In this document: positions 56,951-64,000 of the stretch, one piece after another
Layout: each line of letters starts with the position of its first letter
How positions within the stretch are numbered: position 1 is the stretch's first letter
NCBI GenBank assembly: GCA_030704615.1
Contig: CM060731.1
Location: forward strand, 7,006,001 to 7,070,000
Direction of reading: 5' to 3'
From: Takakia lepidozioides
Taxonomy: Eukaryota; Plantae; Bryophyta
DNA length: 64,000 nucleotides
Position numbers and translations under genes: made by a program
The notes under the pieces: model-generated
The model's input: the letters and a program-made list of their open reading frames with translations, nothing else
Told to the model about the DNA's origin: nothing
Database searches by the model: none

Positions 56951-59900
56951 TGATCCTCGAGTCTTCCGGTAGCAGGTATCTATAGATTTCTTTTGTGGTA
57001 ATGTATCTCGTGTATCCATTATGCACGGTTAGTAACTGGAATTCCAGTCAGGAATACCTGGCCTGTTTCAGCCCACGGACGTCCCAATAATAAGGAGTAA
57101 GCCTCCATGACTTCATCCATTTTTAATACAGTTACTGTGATCATAAGATCATTTTCTGTATCTGTATCTTAACTCCTCTTATTAATCCAATGGTGCACAC
57201 TTCTTTGATCTGCCATTGTTACTGTAAATGGGGCTGGTTTCATGTTACTTAGACAAGCTTCTTCCTTAACTGGTCTGTCATGATATTTACTCCAGAACCA
57301 CCATCTATCAGTACATCAGTTAGTTCTGTGCTTCCAATTCTCATTGGATTACTGGCATAGAATCATCAAAGTCCATGACTGTTCTCGCCCTTCCGGCTTC
57401 ACATTATAACTGGTCACTTGCTGTTCAGGTCTGTGTTTCCTGTCTCTTGGGCAATTCGATTGATTGCTTGATACAGCCTGTGCCTACAATAAGGTGCCAC
57501 AGCTAATAGCTGTCCAATGGTAATTTTGCTTTGGTCTGACATATTACTTCAGCCAAAAGTCTCTTCATTACTTTGCATGTCTGCATCTTTTTTTTTCCTT
57601 TCTTCCTCACTCCCTTCTTTTCTCCATCCGAATCAGAGGAATCTGCCACAGGAATATCAGTACTCTTTTGCATTTCCCTTATAATATCTGCCACTTCCTT
57701 GTGCAGTTCCTTCTCATCTTTCCAAGTCTCTTCATCTTCAGGCATATCATTGCCACTTCCAGTCTCATCTTCTTCCTCTTCTACTGGAGGTATTAGTTGG
57801 CTTTACTTCTTGTTACTATCATTGTACTTACTTCTGGTACAACACATGGCCTAACCATGTGAGCTGCCACCACTGGGCCCTCATTCACAGGAGCTCTCAT
57901 CTCATTTGGTGTCTTATCCAGAATGAACAGGCTGCCTTGCGATGTCCTGGCTGATTACAATAGTAACATAGCTCTTCACCATTGGGTCCTCGCCCTTGGT
58001 CTGTTCTTGGATTATTTCTATAATCCTGATTCCCGGGCTGGTAATTCCCTCTTGAATTATCTCTCCCTTCCATGCCATTGCTATAACCACCAGACCTACC
58101 ATAGTGGTCCTGATCATTGTTTCTTCTTGGCTGGGGCTGCACCTGATGCACCCTTACTTGCCTAGGTTCTCTTGCAGCTGTCCTTCTGTTGTAGTAACAA
58201 TTCTCAGTAGAATGGTTATCCATTTTACAGATAGTACAATGTTTCTCCTCATGTGGCATTCTGTGGTGGTATGGCCTTCATTCTGGCACTTTGCACACCA
58301 TACACCCTTCCTCCAATGTGTTGCAGCCTCTGTGCATACTTCTTCAAGATTTCTTCCAATTTTTTTTCATAGTTATCCCTCTTCAACTTCTCCTTTCTCT
58401 TACTCTTTCTTTTTAGTTCTTGCTCTTCTTCTTCATCTGACTCATCCTCAGAGTCCTCATCTTCTTTTTTCTCTCTCCTGAGCATTCCCAATTGCTCAAT
58501 TCTGTTCGCAGTTTCAAATGCCTCCTCCACTGTATTATGGGGTAACATATCCACTTTCTTTTGCAACTCTGGTCTTAGTCCACTCACAAACCAAGTCTTC
58601 TGTAAACCGGGCGCTGGTACTGCAGCCAGCTTTTTCATCATCAATTCCATCTTCTCCATATACTCTTCAACAGTTTCATGCTTCTTCTGCTTCAGCTGTT
58701 GTAAACTTCCATACATTTCATCCTCAGTTTTACTTGTCCTGAACCTATTTCGAAATGCTGTATTCAAGCCATTCCAGGTTAGGAAATGATTATCAGGGAA
58801 TCTTGCATACCATTCACTTGCTTTCTTGATAAGTGAACAAGGAAACAATCTCATCTTGGCATCATCGCCATTCTCATTGTTCACTATACACATGTGCTCA
58901 AATTGGCTAATGTGTACATCGGGATCCCCTTTTCCTGAATATATTGGAAAGGGTGGTTTTGCCCGTGTTGGTTGTAACGCCATCTGTGGCCCTACCTTCT
59001 GCCCACTGACAGGTGCTGGCACCCTTGCTGGTGCTGGTCCTTCTGGACCTGTTGTTTTTGTGGTGGATCTTCCACCAAGTGGTGGCCCTTGAGCACTCCT
59101 TGCTTCTGGCCCCACGATATTCACAGTATTCCCAGCTTCAGTTGCACTACTTCCCACACTCCCTGTCCCCAGAGCCAGATCCAGGCAGTCCGCCTGATCC
59201 CCCTGAGCCGACACCTTCGTTGGCCTGTGATGATCAAGTGCTCCACTTGATCCAGGTCCAACGGGTTGGGATGTCCTGGTTGTAGTCTCAACCTCAGCTG
59301 TTGGGTCTACTTCTTCATATTCTTCCTCTTCTAATTTCTTCTCTCTGTTTTCATCCTCCAAGTTCTGCCCTTGGGTTTCTTCTTCACTCATGTAACTCAA
59401 CTGTAATGGTGTGGAGAGTCTGAACTCTCCGTTGGCTCTGCCACATCCTCTTCTCCTTCGTCACCTTCTGCTTCAGAAACAGGAGTTCCTGCTTTTGGTG
59501 TTCCATGCCAACTCTTATCAAAGATTTCTGTCAAGTCTTTTATCCAAGGATGTACCTCAGATCTTTCACCTCGTGATTGATCTTCTTCCTGTACCAATTC
59601 CCTTAATCTTTCTTGCAAAGAAACAGAAGGAGTGGCATCCAACTCTAGTTCTTCCGGTATAGGTGATGCACTCTTTGATCTTAATGGTGTGAGAGGTCCA
59701 GATGATTCCCCTATGTCTATTCCTCTCTCCAAAGATATGGATAATTAGCTTTCAGATAGCTTTTCTTTTTTGCTGAATATCTCTGTCGTCTAGCTTCTCT
59801 TTCATCACTCATGTCCCATGTCTTTCATTTCTTTTAATGTGGCAATAACCAAAACTCTCTTCTGTAATATCTCACGTATATGCCTGGGTTTCTTTCAAGC

Positions 59901-61296
59901 TTCAATGCACCCTTGGCTATACTTGAAGTCTCCGTTACCATATAACCATATGGCAAACAAGTCTGAAAAGTTCTTGGTGTGAGTTTGATCCATAAAATAT
60001 CCTTTGGAATCCAATTCTTTACCAGTACAAGCTCTTCATGCATATGAGTATAAACATTCATCTTTCTTTCTTCCCAGCCTTCAAACTCTACTCGTTTAAT
60101 GGATAGCAATGCTATCACATAAACCAATGTTGGTAACCAACGTGCTCTTCCTCTACAGGCTACCTGATAAATCTTTATCACTCCTTTCTCCAGACCCCAT
60201 TCTGGATCAGCATCATGCACTCGTTTAAGAATATTTTCTTTACAACCGTCTGACAATTCCAAGAACCTTTGAAAGAATTGTTTGGACAATCTTTCTTCCT
60301 TCGTTCCACAGGGAATTTGATTCACTTCAAATTCTTTAATGGTCCAACCACCATGATCCCACCAGATGCCTGTCACATCTGGTTGTTCATGTCCCAGGTC
60401 CCCAGTATGGTCGCCAAATGTCGCGCGGCTTTTACTCACCCATCCCTTCGCTATCGAGGCGGAAACTCCAAGATGAAGAGTTGGAAATCTCTAAGTACTC
60501 AGCCCGCGCAGAACAATCAGTCATGACCTACAGCTAGTGTATCATGGGGGTGTTTCCTATTTGTTTCCTTTTGGTATTCATGTTAACTATCTTACCATTG
60601 ATAATTAAGTATCAGTTTGCTTTATCAATCTATTGGATTCCATCAACTCATCCATTCATTCCACAGCTTCACTCAGATCTCTCTACACAGTGTGTTTGTA
60701 TCGTAAAAGTATCCGATTATGATTTATCAGGTATCAGGCCGAAGCCATTGTGTCTCTAATCTGCTCTACAATATCATTACAGCCTTGCATATATCAAGCA
60801 TCTACTCTTCATCTCTCTATCTCACTTCCGTTCTTCATCTCTGCCCGATCCCCTCTCCTCTATCACCAAGAAGTCCTCCTCCGAATCATGTCCCTCAATT
60901 CCCCGTTTCTCCCGTTATCTTCATATCCCGGTTCTAACCGTTTCCCTCACTAACCGTGTCTGTGAACTAACATGTTCCCTTCGCAGGTGTTGTTCCCCAC
61001 AGTCGTTCCTACTCTTCGTTCCCTATGATCGTGACAGCTGTGTCAAGCTGTGACTGGCTGTGCAACTGTGTTTGGCTGTGTCGGGCTGTGACGACTGTGA
61101 CGGGCTGTGTTGGCTGTGTCGGCTGTGACGACTGTGACGGGCTGTGTTGGCTGTGTCGGCTGTGACGACTGGGACGACTGTGACGGGCTGTGTAACCCCC
61201 CTCTACAGTGCGCTGCTGTCACCCCTAAGGCTCCTGTTGGTCTCAGTCTGTGCAAAAATTAAGGGTACCCTACAGATCCCGTCTAAGTAAGTAACA
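56951..61296 (-). mobile_element. Tat/Ogre-like Ty3/Gypsy element, 5' part: LTR 60419-61296, PBS, extra ORF, gag, protease
   Basis: PBS TGGCGACCATACTGGGGAC (60398-60416, -), similar to tRNA-Arg-type Tat/Ogre PBSs; gag 58249-59400 (YSGKGDPDVHI, KMRLFPCSL, LKQKKHETVEEY); CCHC knuckles 57897-58259; protease DVLIDGGSGVNI near 57283-57317. Confidence 0.85.
58249..59400 (-). pseudogene. gag: gag of the Tat/Ogre-like element
   Basis: Retrotransposon gag motifs; frameshifted at both ends. Confidence 0.85.
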
Positions 61297-62525
61297 AGAT
61301 GAACTCCTACCCTTCTTTGCATGAGCCATGGCCCTATTGGGGGCTGCTCCCATGTATGCCAAATGGAATAATAAATGGGGCCGAAAATTTTGCAAAGTGT
61401 ATTGGGCTTTAATTTCAAAATCAGCCAAAAGCGCTTTCCTTTGGCAGGTGGCCAACCGAGTCCTCAAAGTAGGCCAATTTCTCAACTTTGCAGAGGCTCT
61501 TCTATGCCAATGCTGCTCGATAGGTACCATCGAAACCTTGGAGCACTGCCTCATCTACTGCAAAGCTCCCACTCCCATCTGGCCGCTAGTGAGGGACTTC
61601 TACAGGAATTGGGACCTCTTGCCAGACTCCCCGGTGCAAATCCTGCTTAACTATGATCAAGCACAGAAATCCCAGGCTTCCTCATGCCTGGTCTTCGAGA
61701 CCCTAAGGGCCTCCACTCTCTGAAATTTATGGAAATGCCGGTGTGCATGGGCCCTCAACAATGAAAACTCATCTCCTACAACCCTTCTCTCTATAGTCTT
61801 CTTTGACCTTACAATAGCGGCTAAGAAGGCATGGGCTTCATTGTGTACAAAGGCTATCAAGAAGCCGCAGCGTCAGCCAGCCCTCCTCCATGCCTTCCGA
61901 ACAACATGGGGGAAGCATGGGGTCATTTGTAGTTGCGCTTATGATCTCACCTGTGTTTGGGCAGACTCCGTTCCACACTCTTGGCAGGGACTCAGATCCG
62001 AGCTCTTCAGCTTCCCCTGAGTTTGAAAGATCCGATGTCAATTGGAAGCACATCAGGCCCACATCCTCGGCCAAGCTTTGCTTTCATAGATAGAATGTCT
62101 TCAGTGCTTAGCTAGGGCCCATCGATACCTTCCACTTGTGCTCCTCTTTGGCTGTCCTTCCTCTCTCGCCACCCCCCATCGCCGGCCCTCTCATCTTCTC
62201 TCATCTACTCTCTTTCGGTCTTGATACCATGAGCATATTCTTTCTGGATTAAAACCATATAATTTTCATGATATGCCAGTTTATTGGTAGGATCCCTCTC
62301 GCTCTGAGAGAGAGGTTATTTTCAGGGGTCTGTTACGTACCTAGTAATGCGTTCACTGTTCGAGAGTTATCCAGCACGACAAATCGTGAGATCAGCCTTA
62401 TGGCACCCTTCGGGCACTTAAAGGGTTTAATTTTTTCCCTTCAATAATCTTATCAATAAAAGCACTACCGGGGCCTCGCCCCCTGTTTGCCAAAAAAAAA
62501 AGAAAAAAAAAGAAAAAGAAAAAAG
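61297..62525 (+). mobile_element. LINE (L1/Tx1-like) 3' fragment: ORF2 C-terminal zf-RVT region and probable A-rich tail
   Basis: FLWQVANRVL...CQCCSIGTIETLEHCLIYC...IW (61328-61723); AATAAA at 62456 followed by an A-rich run from 62492. Confidence 0.7.
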
Positions 62526-64000
62526 CTGGTGACCAAAAAAAGAAGTTAGAAAAGAAAAAGAAAAAATGATGACCAGGTATTGCCATTTTGGTGACCCAAA
62601 AAAAGAAAGTTAAAAAAGAAAAAGAAAAAAAGATGACCAGGTATTGCCTATTTTGTCATAGGGGAGGTGCCATTTGGAGGCCCTCCCCAAGTCTGAGGTG
62701 ACTGGTGCCTAGGGCCACGTGACCGGAGCCATGGGGAAGGCCCAGGAATGGTGACGTAAAGAAATTGCCATTATTTTCTGGAAATATGCCACGTCATCGG
62801 ATGACACCTCCCTTGGTCAGACGAACTTTCGGTTAAAGAAAACTAATGGCAAGCTCCTTACGTGTGCGAACAAAGAGAGAGTGAGTTGTAGCGAGGGTGA
62901 TACAAGGTCTTGGAAGGAAGATGGTGACTGGCTTGCACCGGACTGGATCTCTTCTCACACTGGCGACAATGCATGTGCTGATTGCCTGGGGGGAGGCAAT
63001 GATTGATTCCCAGTCGAAGGTTTTAATTTCGATTGGGAGTTAGGATCAGAGTGACACTGATGCCGAAAGTGGAGGATCACGCATAGGTGGAGCTGCTGGC
63101 TCAATTTCTTCGCTGAACAGTTTTATTCTGTTTGGGTGAGGTTTCTGTCTGTTGTGATCGTCCCCAGTTATGAGTTTAGGATTGGCTGCTTCGTTCCATG
63201 TCAGCGTATTTTATCTAAGGGATTGATCAGTTGGCACAAGATTAAGCCATCTTTGAATCTGTTGCGTTCGATCCCACTGCCATTCTACTAGCATCATGTT
63301 TTTAATTTCCATAATAAATCCCGTACTGGCTGGAGAGCTAGAGTTGGATAAAATGAGCCACGGGTGTGCACATTGAATGCATGAAAGTTCACTGAGTGGA
63401 AAGGAACAGTCAGAGTAAGAACCAACGATTTTTATGAAGTGAGTGATACTTTGTTCTAATATATTGAATCTTTACCTGCTTCCAAGTCAAATAGACATCT
63501 TCCACCCGAACATTGTGTTATCTTAAGCTCATTCTGTCAGTGTTTAAGAAATTCTATGCCAACGGAGAGATCTGTGCATTCATTGTCAGCAACGAGGAGT
63601 TTTTTTTACTTTTGGCAGGGTGGAACAGTACAGTTCTGGCCTGTTGTACTTGCTGACAAAGACACAGGCCAAATTATTGGTTGTAACTTGAAGCATTGAG
63701 TTTCCTCCATACCATCTGGACCTATTCTGTACAGTGCTGTGTTGTATGGCAGTTGGCCAGGGGGAACAAAATGGCTACATAACCACCTTATTCCTGGCCA
63801 TCTGGATAGATCATTCACACTACTGCCTGATTCAACACAGTCAGAAGTATTGGTTATAGAAAGGAATGCCACCTATAACTTTGGCTCTTGTCCATGGTTA
63901 AGAATTTCGGAAATTTAAGCATGGACATGAAAAATTTGTGGAATTCCTCAGGTCCTGCCAGGCTTGTGAACTGCAGGGCCTCAGATCAATCAATGTACAT

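Noticed and set aside
55943-61296. One intact LTR element spanning the gap
   Set aside because: The two LTRs are in opposite orientation and their outer flanks do not form a TSD, so these are two insertions or a scaffolding issue.
62400-62673. MITE with TGGCACC...GGTGCCA ends
   Set aside because: The inverted repeat is short, there is no clean TSD, and it overlaps the probable LINE tail.
62900-64000. Host gene exons (signal-peptide-like MVTGLHRTGSLLTL... at about 62921; ORF 63606-63872)
   Set aside because: Plausible, but there is no recognisable homology or complete gene structure within the window.

Overview
This is transposon-dense land-plant genomic DNA, probably from a non-seed plant (inference), with two assembly gaps (25051-25550, 56451-56950). 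The only clearly intact host gene is an intronless CYP77/CYP89-type P450 (31139-32713, -). Two unusual mobile systems dominate the window. (1) Two independent copies of a Ty3/Gypsy retrotransposon (2171-14172 +, TSD TAGC; 34437-43066 -, TSD CCCT). The polyprotein carries a DNMT3-like C5 cytosine methyltransferase between protease and RT and ends in a PHD finger. Instead of two LTRs it has split direct repeats A1...B1-GC-A2-B2, which is what a 2-LTR circle opened at an internal palindromic CA-GC-TG junction would give. It also has a self-complementary (tRNA-independent) primer site and a copy-specific cassette of captured host mRNA fragments. (2) Two diverged members of a large Mutator-like family with very weak TIRs (43734-55695, TSD TTGGATGT; about 14822 to the gap at 25050). 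Each encodes a spliced ParB-domain plus beta-class N6A/N4C-methyltransferase-like protein, and each has its own regularly spaced long-palindrome array, suggesting a parS/ParB-like element-specific self-recognition or anti-silencing system. Also present: a CACTA element, a Tat/Ogre-like Gypsy family (solo, partial and 5' LTRs plus gag-pro), a MULE-type MITE and a LINE 3' fragment.
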